This document shows, in pieces, positions 25,736-38,781 of a DNA stretch of 57,020 nucleotides. Source of the stretch: Perkinsus olseni (lineage: Eukaryota); NCBI GenBank assembly GCA_013115125.1, contig JABANN010000174.1, positions 1 through 57,020 of the forward strand, read 5' to 3'. How positions within the stretch are numbered: position 1 is the stretch's first letter; the number at the start of each line of letters is the position of its first letter. The position numbers were made by a program, and so were the translations under genes. The notes under the pieces are model-generated. The model searched no databases. It was not told the origin of the DNA and saw only the letters and a program-made list of their open reading frames with translations.

Positions 25736-26277
25736 GATGATAAAGTCTAATACCAGATCCTGAGAGAGCTCACCATTTTGTCCGGACCCAATTGACAACT
25801 GGACAAAGCGCAACTCAAGAGTCCACACGAAACAGCAAATGTATCATCCCTGATGGACCCACTTGAAGAAACTTGACAACATCTTACCCATCATCATTAA
25901 TAACAACAACAACAATACCGTCCACGGAGGGCTGTACTGATGATGATAAATGACGATGACAGCCTCCACAAGCGCGTACGGTGAGTAAAAGTATCAGTCC
26001 TGGCTGGTCGGACTAAAGATGCGGTAACAGGCAGCGGGCGGCGGCAGCGCTGGAGAGCAATAGGATACCAATATGGTCTCCCTATCGGAACAACAACAGA
26101 GTAAATCGAGAATAATCCCAATATCTTGCAATCTTGCATTTCCTCAACGTGTACCGTCATAAACCCACTACTGTTACCAATGAGAAATCAGTCGAAGACT
26201 TTTACTAACCGGTCGACGCTGCGGTGACGAGGGGCGGCCTCCTGCTGCTGCTGCCGCGCCAGACCTTCACCGTCGCC

Positions 26278-27845
26278 TTACGCGCTGCCGGCCTTAGCGG
26301 ACACGAGAGGGGAGAAACTCAGAGACACATACGGGTAGTACTCGCTGCTACCCTCCTCCTGAACAGAAAAGAAGATACCATCAACGTCATCGACCTACCG
26401 AGGGAATCTTACGTCAGTGGCGGCGCTTCCCTGTTGCTTCTCGGTCTTCGCACCGGAGAGGTAGTTCTTACCGAAGAGACCGCTACTCGAGAAAACGTCC
26501 ATGAGCTCAGCACGCAGCTTAACCGGCTTGGCCTGGGACTTCTTGCCAACAACCGCGATGAAAGCAGCGAAGTTCGGGGGAACACCAAAACGGAGGACGG
26601 CCTCGACGAACGTCCGCATAGCCTTCAAGTGCATCCAGCCGACCAGAGTATCGGAGAAAGCAGCAGCGCAAACCCTGAAAAAATACACATCCCTTAGCGG
26701 AGCAAAGCAGATGGACCCTCACCTCTTAAGGAAAGCCTCCTGCTTCTTCACCTCGCTCTCCATGTGGGCCTTGGCGGTCTGAAGCTCGTCGTACTTGGCG
26801 GCGTCATAGGTGAAGTCGCGACAGTTGAATCTGGCGTGTCGCATGTTACTGGAGAACTCCTCGACGATGTTCTTGAAGACAACCACTCGGTACAGCTTAG
26901 CGCCGTCTTTATCGGCGGGGAGGTTGAGGGGAATGGCCGACTGAGGGACCACCTTCGAGGCGGCGGCCTCATATTTGCTCAAAAATTCTTGATCTTGGCC
27001 GCGAGGAACCACAACAACAACGGTGGTCAAGTGCTCGGTCTCGACGAAGTCACCATCGCGGACGCTCTTGGGAGTCACTACATCGGTGAGGTCACGCTGG
27101 GCGTAAGAGCCAGCATCCTAGGGACAAACAAAATAAAAGATACTCTAGCGGAGCGAAGCAGCATACCTTCTTGGACATCTGAGTGTACTGAGTCTTCAAA
27201 TCCGAGAAAGTCTGACTCTTGGACTTGACTTCCTCGTCGAGCTTCTGAATGCTGGTCAAGAGCAAACTGAGGTTGTCCTGAATGTTTCTGGTCCTGGGGA
27301 ACTTAGCGTCGTCCCAGTGGAACTTGGAAATGTACTCCTCGCACGAGAGAGAGGACCTCTGGGAGACCACCTTGAACTCGGTCTTGGGGTCGAGCTCGAG
27401 AAGCTGTCTTTCGATTCGGCGCAGGACAGCTTCAACCTGAGGAAGAAAAGCCAAGGGTGAGCAACCTGTTGCGCAGCGATTGAGAGTTACCTGAGAATCC
27501 TGCTTCGAGAGGTCGTCCACCAATCTGATGAGGGAGTCGAAGGAACCGAACTTGAGGTTCTCGGGAACGTCGAACCTGATGGAAAAATAGTAAAACAACA
27601 ACAGGTATTCCACGCTAGAGACAACAAAGCCATAAAATCGGTTGCACGAGTAAAAGTAGCATAAAATTTTCACCAACCATAACAAAGCCAAATCCCTCCC
27701 TCTACCATAACTACTTGTAAACAGCATCACAATATTTGTTCTTCTCGCATACCCTGGACTGCAAAACGGTGTGAATGAGTTCCTTGGGCTCGTCGGCGGA
27801 CGAACAGGCCAGAATCAGGTACGGTTGGATCGTAGAAGAGGACAT
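26278..27845 (-). CDS. ATP6V1C: V-type H+-ATPase V1 subunit C (multi-exon)
   Basis: FDVPENLKFGSFDSLIRLVDDLSK, FHWDDAKFP, FVETEHLTTVVVVVP, KVVPQSA, WMHLKAMRTFVEAVLRFGVPPNF and EYYPYVSL. Confidence 0.95.
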
Positions 27846-28291
27846 AGCTACAGCACACTTGGGTACACTAGAAAAAAGAGAAAGGCTTCTTCTAGAGGAT
27901 CTCGAGCTTAAGAGCCAGGCTCAGGAACTTAGTCTTCATTTCGCGCGCGCCCGTGTAATCGATAACGAAGCTGGCACGAGTCAACCTAAGATTCCTGCCC
28001 TAAACAACAGTGCTAGAAGAGAGGTCATCGTAGAGGACTTTAGGGAGCTACGCAGCTGCCCTGAACACGAGCTTGGCGAATCTTGCAATCTTACCATTCC
28101 CTAAATCACCAACAGTCCAAAAATTCGCAAATAACCTATGCCTTCTTCTTAGCCGTAGCTGTACCACCCCCTCAGCGCTGAGCTAAGTCCCTTCTGTGTT
28201 CCTCTTCTCGACCCTCCGCCCTCCCAACTGTTCAACACCAACAGTACCCGTTTGTATCATGCTTAACAACACCATCGCATGATGCTCATCA

Positions 28292-30921
28292 TCAGAGATC
28301 CCTTTCGGCCCGGGCGGCTCTGATGGCTCTCTTCAACTCGCCCGCGGCGAACTCGAGCTCAGCGGCAGTGGACGCTCGTAGTCGTCGAGTGATGAACTCC
28401 CCTCGCCTCTTGTAGCGCAGTATGAATACTAATGATTCTGATAAGTTGAAGCTCGATCGGCTGGAGTTCCGAGGAGGAATGTGCACTCGGTTAACAGAGA
28501 GCAACTGAGGGACGACACCGATGGTCACCACTGCTGGCCCGCTGGAGGACTCACCGGGATGACCTCGACGGCTGAGGAGAGGTCTCGATGGTAGGCCTCC
28601 TCTCTGGTCACCCAGCTGGCTAGGAAGTACATCAACCCTGCGTCGTCACTTCGGCCGCTTTCGGTGTGGAAGATCCTGTACCAGTAGGGGGTCCTGACGG
28701 AAGAGATACGAATGGTGTGGTATGGGTACATCGGATCGGCATTAAAGGCACCAGCAAGGATCGAACCCTATACCTCACCCTACTAAGTCCCGTGTTCTAA
28801 CCACTAGACCAATCGAGCTTGTGTCCTACCAGCGGCCTCCCTTATCCGAGTCCTTCTCCAAGCACACTACGAAGTTGTCAGCGATCGATCTAGTATCCTC
28901 AAAGGGACATGGTCTAACACCGAATGAGCGCTCCAACGAACGACTCTTCCCGTTCCTCTACCCACATCTTCGGGCGCCGAGTCATCAGCCACGGGCGGAC
29001 AGCTCTCTGTATAACAACAGCCGCCCAGGAGTCAGGGTTGATCCATCGGACTACCCCTCGCAGCCACGACGACATCTAAAAATTACAAAAACTCTAGCGG
29101 AGCGAAGCTGGGTGAAGAGAATCGTGATCATCACCATGCTGTTCTTTCTGCTGGGCATCAGTTTCACCCAGGCCGAGCTCGAGAGGACGCGGTCGCGGAT
29201 ACCTGCGATTCGATTTTTACGAGGAAGTCCCCCGACCCTCGGCCGACGGCTACTGTCTGGCAGTTTGCTCAGCATCCTCTCCGTCAACTTGGTCGAGTAC
29301 AACTCTTTCAGAGGCATCACCATCCCCCAGGGTATCTTTGACAGGAGGTTGACCTAGCAATTGCACGCATGCACAAAAGATACCTTATTCTCGGAGTTCC
29401 ACTTCAGCCAGTGCCTCTCCTCGACGATACCAAGGTCCTCCGCAGTAAGGAGCCACTGCCTGCCGACCAACCAGTCTCGTATAGGGCCGCCCAGCTCAGG
29501 GCGTATATCCTTCTCCACGAGTATCTAGAGGTCCCCGGTTCGAATCCCAGCGCCGGTACTTTGCCAAACCTTCTGAATGGCCTTCGCAAGCGGGCACGTT
29601 TCATTGGCAGCCTTCCTTCGGCGTTTGAGCATACTAAGGAAAGGTAACATGGTTACCCGACCCCCACAGCTCACCCACGCCCCTACCGTAAAATCCATCG
29701 ACTCACAGCCAGCATGATGGTCCTCCTCGCGACCTTGTAAGACGCCGTGCTACTCGACGCCGCCGAGGATACGCTACTCCGGTGGGCTGAGAGAAAACGA
29801 TCCCCCTGTTCGGTACACCAATTGTGAAATTTAGGATCGATTCTGGAACTGATTTTTACACGCTCGCTTCCAGAATCAAGTCTGAGATCCCAAATCAGTT
29901 CACTTAACACTCAGCGATCGTCCTGTTTCCCAGAATGGCGAACTCACTGAGGATAGGCCTTGGACCATCACCCATACTCCAGGACATCGTAGAAGCCTGT
30001 TCGTAAAATTCAGGGCAGTCCCGGAACTCCCCATCCTCATCGTCAGGTCGGTAGACGAGCATGTGGCCATCTCTTCTCATTAGATACCGTTTGTAGCACT
30101 CCGCTATGGTCACGGCCGCCCACCTGAGGTCGAGAAAGCGTTCTTGGAAGCTCCTCGCGGCCACACGGAAGCTCCCCTCTGGGAATACCACTTTCTATGA
30201 AAAAAGCGAAGCGAAGTTCCATTGCTTGATAGAAGCTTACTCGACCAAGCCAAAACCGTCCTGCTCTTAGCCAAACAAAAGAGATTCTTTTTTCCAACTC
30301 TTCCATGATTCACGCCCAGCCTACTTTTCCTTGTGGCGGTTTTTCAATTTTTCCATCGCTTTTTTCCTCTTACTCTTCCTGTCCCCCAGAATTTGCAGCC
30401 GAGCAACGAAGTCGGACCGAATGGCCGTGACCTGACCACCTCCGAACCACAGCCTGGCCGATAGATCACAACTCTCACCTCAATATCCCGAACTTGCTCC
30501 TTGAGCGCTTTTATCAATTTAAGAGGAATCCCCCATCCTTCCAGGACCTCCTCAGGGACCTACTCGTCATAATTTCGTGGCGCAGTGACGATTGATGCTC
30601 CCTCCGTTCGATAAACCGATCCAAAACTCAGAGTCGCTTCCAGAATTTATTTTTACGCGCAAAATGACGCGGTTTTGGAATCAATTATGAGTCTCAGAAA
30701 TGGCTCACTGACAACCAGATGCCGACCTTGGAAACGTCGTGATGATTTTTTATCCACTGCTTGTGATAGAGGACTTCCTGATAAGGTCGAATTTCGTACC
30801 GGTGCCGACTGAGCTGCCGAGAGCACCGGTCGAGGAGAGCGTTGAGGGACACTGGACGAGAGGACACTGTGGGGTCGTTCGAAAAAGCAATTCTGAAACT
30901 CGGAATCGATTCTTGGACCAT
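28292..30921 (-). CDS. Hypothetical protein with N-terminal SAM-like segment (multi-exon)
   Basis: ATG 30921; spliced WIKNHHDVSK-VPEEVLEGWGIPLKLIKALKEQV resembles a SAM helix set. Chain of minus-strand ORFs ends ...RAARAERDL*. Confidence 0.5.
28748..28818 (-). pseudogene. Degenerate tRNA-like sequence (A-box and B-box)
   Basis: Reverse complement GCTCGATTGGTCTAGTGGTTAGAAC...AGGGTTCGATCCTTG. A/B boxes are at tRNA spacing, but acceptor and anticodon stems do not pair. Confidence 0.5.
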
Positions 30922-31757
30922 ATTTTGGGTTTAGAAAGAAAATCCAGAGTCGATTCTCAGTCCAAAACTACTGTTTCGAACAAAGTGTATGTATAGTAAT
31001 TGGTGTGGCCTTCAGAGGAAGAATCATCCCCGCTCTTCCACTCAGAACGCTGTTAAGGTGAGGAATACAGTTGGCGTATCCAAGGTTGACCCATGCTCTC
31101 GACAGAATGAGAGAAGGATGCTAGAGGTAGGGGCATGCTAGCGCTGTTACTCCAATCGCTAGTGACGAAGCTAGCACGCATGCACATCGTAATCGTAACA
31201 ACGACCTCGCGCTGGCAACAAGTATACTATAGTCTGGTTACTCTCAGGAGGGCCCCTCCGACTGGTGACGATTAGGGAGAGTTGTGGTAGTAGGAGGTAT
31301 CCACGATAGTGAACTCAGAATCAGTTAGCCCACGACCTTCGTAAACATTGATCTCAACCAGACGAATGTCGATCAGCCTACCCTGAGGGGGACAGTGATC
31401 ATTTAGCGCGGAAAAGTGCCACCACCGGGGATAGAACCTGCGGCCAACCGCTCGGAATTCGCTTGTTGTGCATTTAGGTCAATTGTGGGTTTCCTTTTTT
31501 CTTGCATTGCGCTGACGACCGAGCGGCGGCGAGAAGGAGAATCTTCGATTTCACCAAGGTTGGAGGGAGGCGAAACTAAGGTCATGAGTGATGGGAAAGT
31601 GTATCCTACGTTGAAGCATGCAAGATACAAAATAGGTCGGGTTGAGGCAGGTCGCACGAATATCGATCAGCACATATTTTACTTTTATATGGGAAATACA
31701 CTCGCTTCGATCGAGTCCAGCTCAACAGTCTCCAGGCTAGAGACTTTCAGCACCAAC

Positions 31758-32643
31758 ATGTTCGACCAATGCTGCCGACGGCCCGAATCATCAGAATGGC
31801 TTAACGAGGTCACAGTAGTAGGGGAAGACGGACAACAACAGCAGGCAGCAGCAGCGGACCATACCACACCAAAGGCAACTCCTGCTCCTATGGTAGCTAC
31901 CCCAAGTACAGCCTCTGTAGCTGAGAAGGAAGAAGGTACTAATCGACCGAATCACAAGTGACCGTTCGAACGACTATCATCAGGTCATTCAATTCAAACG
32001 GGAGGGAACGCGGCGGCTGCGGCAGCACAAACATTGGGGGTAACACGGGAAGGCCCGTGGGGGTATCTTTTAGTCACGCGTGAACTTTGCGGAGAGGGTC
32101 GTACTTCGGGCAGGTTATCGAATATCGCTGCGGGACTTGAATGATTTTACGAGGATTAAAGAGCTAGTGGTACTGATCTGTGACGGTGGTTGCTCAGACA
32201 ACGACCACCACTGATGATGACACGTTCGAGGACGATACTGATGACGACGTTGCTGATGAGCGGATAGGGGCTCCTGAGGAAGATATCGAGGCCAATTGCT
32301 TCAAGATAGATATACAGGTAGTATCTTAGGTTCATGCAGGGAAGATACAAAATAGGTTAGCTCATGACCCGCTTTTCAGAGGATCCCCGGCGTTCGTCTG
32401 GGCATTGATGTTGATCATAGCGATCCTCGATGGCTGGTAGTTGACAGAGTGACCCCCGAGGGTTCGGTTGATCTCTGGAACAAGAAGGCCCCTCCAGGCC
32501 AGAAACTTCAGAAGGGAGACATTATCGTCAGGGTTAACGACGTCCGAATGGACGCCATGCGGATGGTAGAACAGTGCCAGGCTTCGAGCGTTCTGCACAT
32601 GTGGGCGAGGAGACCGAAACTCATCCGTTCCTTATCTAATTGA
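31758..32643 (+). CDS. PDZ-domain protein (multi-exon)
   Basis: Last exon RLGIDVDHSDPRWLVVDRVTPEGSVDLWN...LQKGDIIVRVND is a PDZ signature. Low-complexity N-terminus starts MFDQCC. Confidence 0.75.
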
Positions 32644-33082
32644 TGAACTCCTTTGTCACAGCCATTTCATGCTACTCTCGCATTATTAACCTACTACTAC
32701 CAGTGCTCTCAAGTGGTCGGCCTGGCGACACCCGTATTACTTCCATCTTCGCTGCTACTGCTGTTTCTGGTGGTTGTAGTGCCCTTTCTCCTCCTGTTAC
32801 CATCAACAAGGCCTTCTGTACTCTCATTTCTATCACTTCCCAGTATATCGATCAACATCTTCGACTGTGTCGGCGTCCTATTGACCAGAATAATAATACC
32901 AATGAAGCAACAGCAGGTTGGAGGGGTCTCAATTAGAGTCCTCCAGCGACAAGCCTCGTGTATAATAAGTGTTTAGGTGGTGATAACAATATTATTATAC
33001 TTGCCGTCCAATCGCAGTCCTCAGAGGCTCTCTTGCGTTCTATCAATCGTCTTCTGCACAGCGGGAGTTGGCAGTTTTCAGG

Positions 33083-34375
33083 ATGTCTTCTGCGGGCGAC
33101 GGGGAAGATGCGGCAGACCTCTACGCTGACCTCACGCCCGATGCTGACGAGGTGGTCGAAACGACGCCGGGCAAGAAGGCGGAGGTGATAGACGCTGCGG
33201 GCCTCAGTGAGTGAGCTTGCCTTCATCAGGACACAACAGCCGCAGCGTCGCCAGCGGTGGTGGTGTTCGATCCTCTTTTTAAGGAGGTCTTTGTGTTGAG
33301 TAAGATAGTCGATTCCTGTCTGCCGGTGACGCCGGCTACTGTACGGAGAAGGAGGAGGGACGCCGTTGGTAGAGAGGACGCTGAGGACGAAGAGATCTTA
33401 CTCAGTGAGTTTTATGTGCAGCTGAGTTACGAAAGGAGCGGTATGGCTGGTTGCAATTCACGATGGCAAACCTCGAACGAGCGGCTGAGGAACATAATGT
33501 TCTGAGCATTACTCCTGTCGAACTTGGCATCGAAGTGGGCTTGGCATATCGTGTCGTTTATGTGGTCATGAAAACGCGATACAGGCGGGATGCCGACGAC
33601 TGCGGTGCTAGGGGCTCCGGAGTACGGCATAGCCGTCCTGGTTCTAGTGGGGCCTCCAGGGAACCTCCGCGTTCCGTCGGGTTATTGAAATCAGTCGACG
33701 AGGACTTGCTTGAACCCAACGATGGTGATGGTCGCTTGTGGGAGTAGAAACGCCTTCAGGGGCACGGACGAAATATTTCGCGCACGATTATATCCTAGAT
33801 AGTATCCTAGCCGTCCTCCCTCTGCCATTTCCCTCTTCTCAGATCGGCCGATTTTCGTCGGAGTGCCGAGTGCCGTTGGAGACCTCCACGACCACGAGAA
33901 GGCTCGAACTAGGGTACTCGTCAATTTGCCGTCCAATACTACGGAAGCTTCGCTCCGCTCAAAATTACACACCGCCGCCGGTCCCACCAGAAGCATACGA
34001 ATGCTCGTTGGTGACTTCGATACCGGCGAGTTTGGAGGTGCTGCGGCGGTTGAATTCACCTCGGCGAAAAATGCAGAAAATCTCAGCGGAGCGAAGCTCG
34101 AGGGAGACATACTGGTACGGCAGCCAACAGCTAGGGAATGGGCAGCCCTCGGTGAGGGGGACTGGCCAGGCCTCTCCTACGGCCGCATCGACCCCGAAAT
34201 TCAGAAGAGTAAGATCCATGCTGGTGGAAGTTCCCATCCCTACTCCCCTCCTGTAGGTTTGTGTTCGGCAGACCCGCTGGACGAGCCTCGACACTCTCTC
34301 CTCTCGGCAAGTGACGGGTCCTGGGCGAGGGCGTTCGCTGATCAGAAGGCTTCCCGTTGGGCTCATCATCGGTGA
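33083..34375 (+). CDS. RRM-containing RNA-binding protein (multi-exon)
   Basis: Acidic N-terminus MSSAGDGEDAADLYADL. RRM-like VLVNLPSNTTEASLR...TGEFGGAAAVEF. Confidence 0.6.
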
Positions 34376-34495
34376 TCGCTTTCGGCTGCTGTTTAACCAT
34401 TGCTCCTCTATTGTCATATTCCACTGTCGTTTCGCCTTTGGTCGGGTCTGGCGTTGTTGCAGGCTTCAATCATCGAGGAAGGGTTTTCTATTTTT

Positions 34496-37209
34496 ATGCT
34501 ACTCTGGCGACTACAACCTCTTTTATACTGCCTAGCACTCCCAGCCGCGACAGTTGGTGAGTCGACAGCGCTGCAGATGATCTCGGAGGCGGCTGGTGCG
34601 GGACGGTCCATTCGGGACCTGGTTACTCCTGAGGAGATGGAGAAGTGGATGAATAACCAATGGTGTGGTATCGTTCGACTGCTGCTTGACTTTAATCCCA
34701 TCTTCCAGGTGGGATGCGGCTTTGGCCGCCATCAAACTCGACCATGAGCAGCAGCCGACCAGCGGCAAGCGGACAGACTACTTCGGTCCCCCCGTCCGAA
34801 AGGCGGCACGCGAGATCAAGGCTCGGGCAGACGAGCTAGTGCGAAGCCTCGACCAGAACTACTTCAAACCGCAGCGGGTGGCGCCGGCCTTCCAGTGGGC
34901 ACAGAACGATACTGCCGTTTTTATCAATGTTAAATTCACTCGACGATGGAACGCTCCGGGAGCGCTCGATATTCGGCATCCCGAGGTTAACATTACGGAT
35001 AGTGGGATCCAAGTAAAAGCTATAGGAGAACATTCTGGTGAGGATTGAAGTTGACCTATTCTGTATCTTGCACGGGTGAGCTGAAGATTCTCAGGCAAAA
35101 AGCATGAGTATATTCTAAAACTCGGGTTTTTCGATGAGGTTGACCCTACCCTGAGCAAGTGGGCTATGGCGTCCGTCGGGAAGTTGTCGGCGACCCTCGT
35201 CAAGGCCAATAGGAGAAGTACTTGGGAACGGCGAACGTGCAAAATTGGGGAAGTCCGGGTTAGGTAAATGGCCGCGGCTGTTGGCGTCGAAGGAGAAGAA
35301 GGTGAATAACATGCACTACTGGATGGACTTTGCCGAAATTCACGAGGAGAGTCTGAAGGGGCTGCCCACGCCCAAGCACAGTCTAGTCACTTGCCGACTT
35401 GTTAAGAAGGCCTATTGTTTGGGAGAGGATAAGTGTGTCAGTAGTTGTGCAGATGATTGTCGAGGTGGGGAAGGTCGGGGGTTCGATCCCCGGTTGAGGC
35501 ATTTTATTGGCAGGTAAATTGTTCACTGGACCTGATGGGAGGTGCCTTGGCAAGCCGCAAGAGGAAGTCTCCGGCGTCAATTTTACAGATTCCGATCCGA
35601 AACAAGGATTCATAGGCGGAATCGTGGAGGTGCTTGACTCTACCTTCTTCGTATCTTACACGGTTTAACCTAAGATACCTTGGTCAGGTCAACTCTACCG
35701 CCACCTTCGGCGATGCCGAGTTTTTCTCGATATATTTCCTCGACGAGGACAATAACAAACTGTCCGACCAACCGATACTGAGAATAGAGAACCCGAAAAG
35801 TCGGGGCACCAACCTCTCCGGAAAGATACCACCCTCCACGCCCATTCCCGAGGAGGCGAGTAAGATCACAGCAGTCCCGGGCAACCTCGCTTTCGGCGAA
35901 CCTGACAGCCAAAGGGACTTCGCTCCGTCGTCATCATCGCTGTTGGATCTGGCTGTGCCGACTTGTACGCCGCAGGTGAGTGGGGTTCGTCGATGTGTTG
36001 GTCGAATTGTGGTATCTTAGAAAATCGACCTCGAAGATACCTCCCCAGAGGTCGGCCAGTTGGGAGGAGACGTGAAGATATCTTTTTCTGCGCACGCGGA
36101 AGATTCCGCTTCTCCGACGGTTGATTACTACACCCTTCACTGGGGTCGGACGGCTAACAGCTGCGAGCGCCTGCCCGGCGGAAACAGCTACATCGTCCGA
36201 GTTCGGGCGAAGGGGGTTGGGGAGGTGCAGCATCATATCGGTGAGTCCATTGCCATTGAGAAGGGGGCGGAGAGTATATTGGCATTCAGTCAGCATGAGA
36301 ACACTGATGGTGAGGCCGTGGGTTCGATCCCTGGCTGCGGCATTTTCAGTATATCTCAGGCCCGCATCCGTCCAAAGGCGAGCTCACCTCCTCGTGTGCG
36401 ATTTGGCCCATCAGGGGTCGATCGTCCCCGTCCAAACCTCCCCAGGGCCTGTCAGTCCTCAACGGCCAACTCCTGGCCAACGGCAGTCGTTTTTCCGGTG
36501 AAGTCATCGTAAAGCGCGCTGGGCGAGGGGACGAGGTCGCCGCCGAGGCAACAGCATACACGCTCTGGTGGTGTGACGATGACGAGCGGAAATTGAGTAG
36601 GGCTTTCCGATGACGGTCCCGATGAGAAGCTCGAATGCTGCTCTGTTCCTGTCAGGTCTTCTTGACTCTCCCAACATAGAAGATACTACCGCGGCAACTG
36701 ACTTCAGGTAGGAGGATTCTCACTAGGTTTGCTATCCACCCTCGAAGTTTCGGTACTCGTTCGTTTTACCGTCACAGTAAACTGAGAGAAATACGACTGG
36801 AAAAAATACCAATGCTTACGCTAAAAGTTTTTGAAGGGGAATAGTGTCGTCCTGAGCGGACGAAAGGTTTGCAATTTCTTCGGTACCGTCGCGAGTTGCC
36901 TCGGGGGCAGTTCCCAAGCCACGTTAAGGTTCCCCTTCTGGGACTAATAGAATTTCGCCCGATGATCCTCCAAAAGCGTTTCAATAATCGATAACTCTTC
37001 GCCTGCTCCCTGCAGCCCTTCTTCTGTCAGACTCGTCTATGAGGAGGTGGAAGTGCCCGAGAAAGCTTCTAAGATCTGCGCATTCATGAAGAACGATTTG
37101 GGGGAAGGTCGACAAGTACACTCGAACGATCATCTCCTCCCCTCCGACTTGGTCGTTTCAGGGAGCCGCCGCGGCTGTGGTGTCGGACACGGCAAGAGAT
37201 GAACTTTAA
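34496..37209 (+). CDS. Signal-peptide CS (p23/HSP20-like) domain protein with probable RDEL ER-retention signal
   Basis: MLLWRLQPLLYCLALPAATVG signal; PAFQWAQNDTAVFINVKF...KWPRLL CS-domain motifs. Splicing 37116-37161 gives ...SDTARDEL*. Confidence 0.75.
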
Positions 37210-37325
37210 TGGCATCCACTTCCTGTCGACTCGTTTTTTGTCACCTTCCGAGGGGTCGTGTTACTCGTCAAATCAACACCCTCATCGATGAACTAACATC
37301 AACATGAACAACAAAATGAACATCA

Positions 37326-38648
37326 TTAGCCCCTCACCGTGGACCTCTCGAAAGCGCGGCAGTCCCCTCCCGAAGTGTAAGTCGCCTTCTCCTTGTCATG
37401 GAAATTAATTTCCATCCTCATCATCGCCTTATTCTTTACAACCATACTGGGCAAGGCCAAGGTCTCAGCCGACCTCAAACTGGCCAGACTCCTGCCCGCG
37501 GATGATTTGCTCACGATCCTCAGCTCAGAAGCATTGATGACAATTTTACCCATTTTGGGACTGTAAGTAGCGACGTAAACGCCCTCGTAAACTTTCTTGT
37601 GTCCCATCACCGTCACAGAGCCGTTCCTTTTGAAGGAGAAGGTGACAATGTCGAACTTCCCTTCGTCGGCGGTGAAGTCACAATCCATGCGGACCCCATC
37701 GCGCACACGAACGCGATTAACATCGTAAAAAGCACTTTCCCATTGGACTTGTTTATAAACATACTCGTCTGGTTGGTAACAGTATTCGTTCTCTTCTTTG
37801 ATAATCAGTGTGAGTGGGTGTAAATCCAAACTCGCGTCCTCAGCGATGAATTGGACGATCCCAGCGAGACTTTCAGAACTGGATTTCTCGCACTCCCGCA
37901 AAGTTACTTTATTATTGGCTTTCACTTCGTATCTACAAGTCACTTGTTCATTTTTATCATTAAAAATATCAACTTTTCCGTCCAAGTGAAAGGAAATATC
38001 CCCAGTCTTCCCGGTGAAGGTGCAGTCCATTTTCGTTCGGTCTCTACCAAGGCCCACGCAGTACCCCGGCTCCTCACGCAGCCTGCCGTGCGTGTAGACA
38101 TCCGCCGGAGGTTTGCAGTACTCTCCCTTTATGCTAACTTGCATCTTGTGTAAATCCAGACTAACCCCTCGGTCGAAAAAGTGTCTGCCGTATTCTCGAA
38201 TAATCCTTTCACAGCGATTGCTCTCATCGTGATGAGGATCGCTCAGTATCACTTGTACGTTATCATTATCTCTGATAACGCCGCTGTAAAAACAACTGTG
38301 GGGTTTATCTTCTTCAGTGTAAAAGGTGACCTCGCCGGTCGGTCTGAACTCGATCATTCTCACCGACCCAGCTGGGTACTGAGGCGTGTAGAAAGCCGCA
38401 TCAAGAGTGAAGCCAGAGGCAGTAGGCGAGATGTCAGGCCGAGCGTAGGCCAGGGAGGTGTACTCGGACAACGAGCAGGGTCCGAGGCCAAGGGAAGGAA
38501 GACCGGCCATGGAGAAAAGCAATGCCTCTGCCGGGGATCGAACCGGGGACCTTGGATTCACCGACGCAACACAACGATGAGCAAAAGCTATCAATATCAT
38601 CGCATGGCGACTACTACTGACAGTGATACAACCAATCGTCACAAGCAA
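37326..38648 (-). CDS. Lineage-specific protein with about three diverged internal repeats, possibly secreted
   Basis: 440-aa ORF with recurring units EYCKPPADVY...MDCTFTG...SFHLDGKV and EYCYQPDEYVY...MDCDFTA...SFKRNGSV. True start uncertain. Confidence 0.65.
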   Translation of the reverse strand: MLVTIGCITVSSSRHAMILIAFAHRCVASVNPRSPVRSPAEALLFSMAGLPSLGLGPCSLSEYTSLAYARPDISPTASGFTLDAAFYTPQYPAGSVRMIEFRPTGEVTFYTEEDKPHSCFYSGVIRDNDNVQVILSDPHHDESNRCERIIREYGRHFFDRGVSLDLHKMQVSIKGEYCKPPADVYTHGRLREEPGYCVGLGRDRTKMDCTFTGKTGDISFHLDGKVDIFNDKNEQVTCRYEVKANNKVTLRECEKSSSESLAGIVQFIAEDASLDLHPLTLIIKEENEYCYQPDEYVYKQVQWESAFYDVNRVRVRDGVRMDCDFTADEGKFDIVTFSFKRNGSVTVMGHKKVYEGVYVATYSPKMGKIVINASELRIVSKSSAGRSLASLRSAETLALPSMVVKNKAMMRMEINFHDKEKATYTSGGDCRAFERSTVRG

Positions 38649-38781
38649 ACTACAATCAACTAGAATTCATCATACTCACATTAAATAAAATCGATCAATC
38701 GGGCGAGCGCTACTCGCGTTTCAACTACTACTGCCGCCGTCCAGACTTACATACAACAGTGCTGGTAGAAGTACATCAACT

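Noticed and set aside
31601-36041. 28-bp palindromes as CRISPR repeats
   Set aside because: Dispersed rather than arrayed, variable in sequence, in an intron-rich eukaryotic context and with no cas genes.
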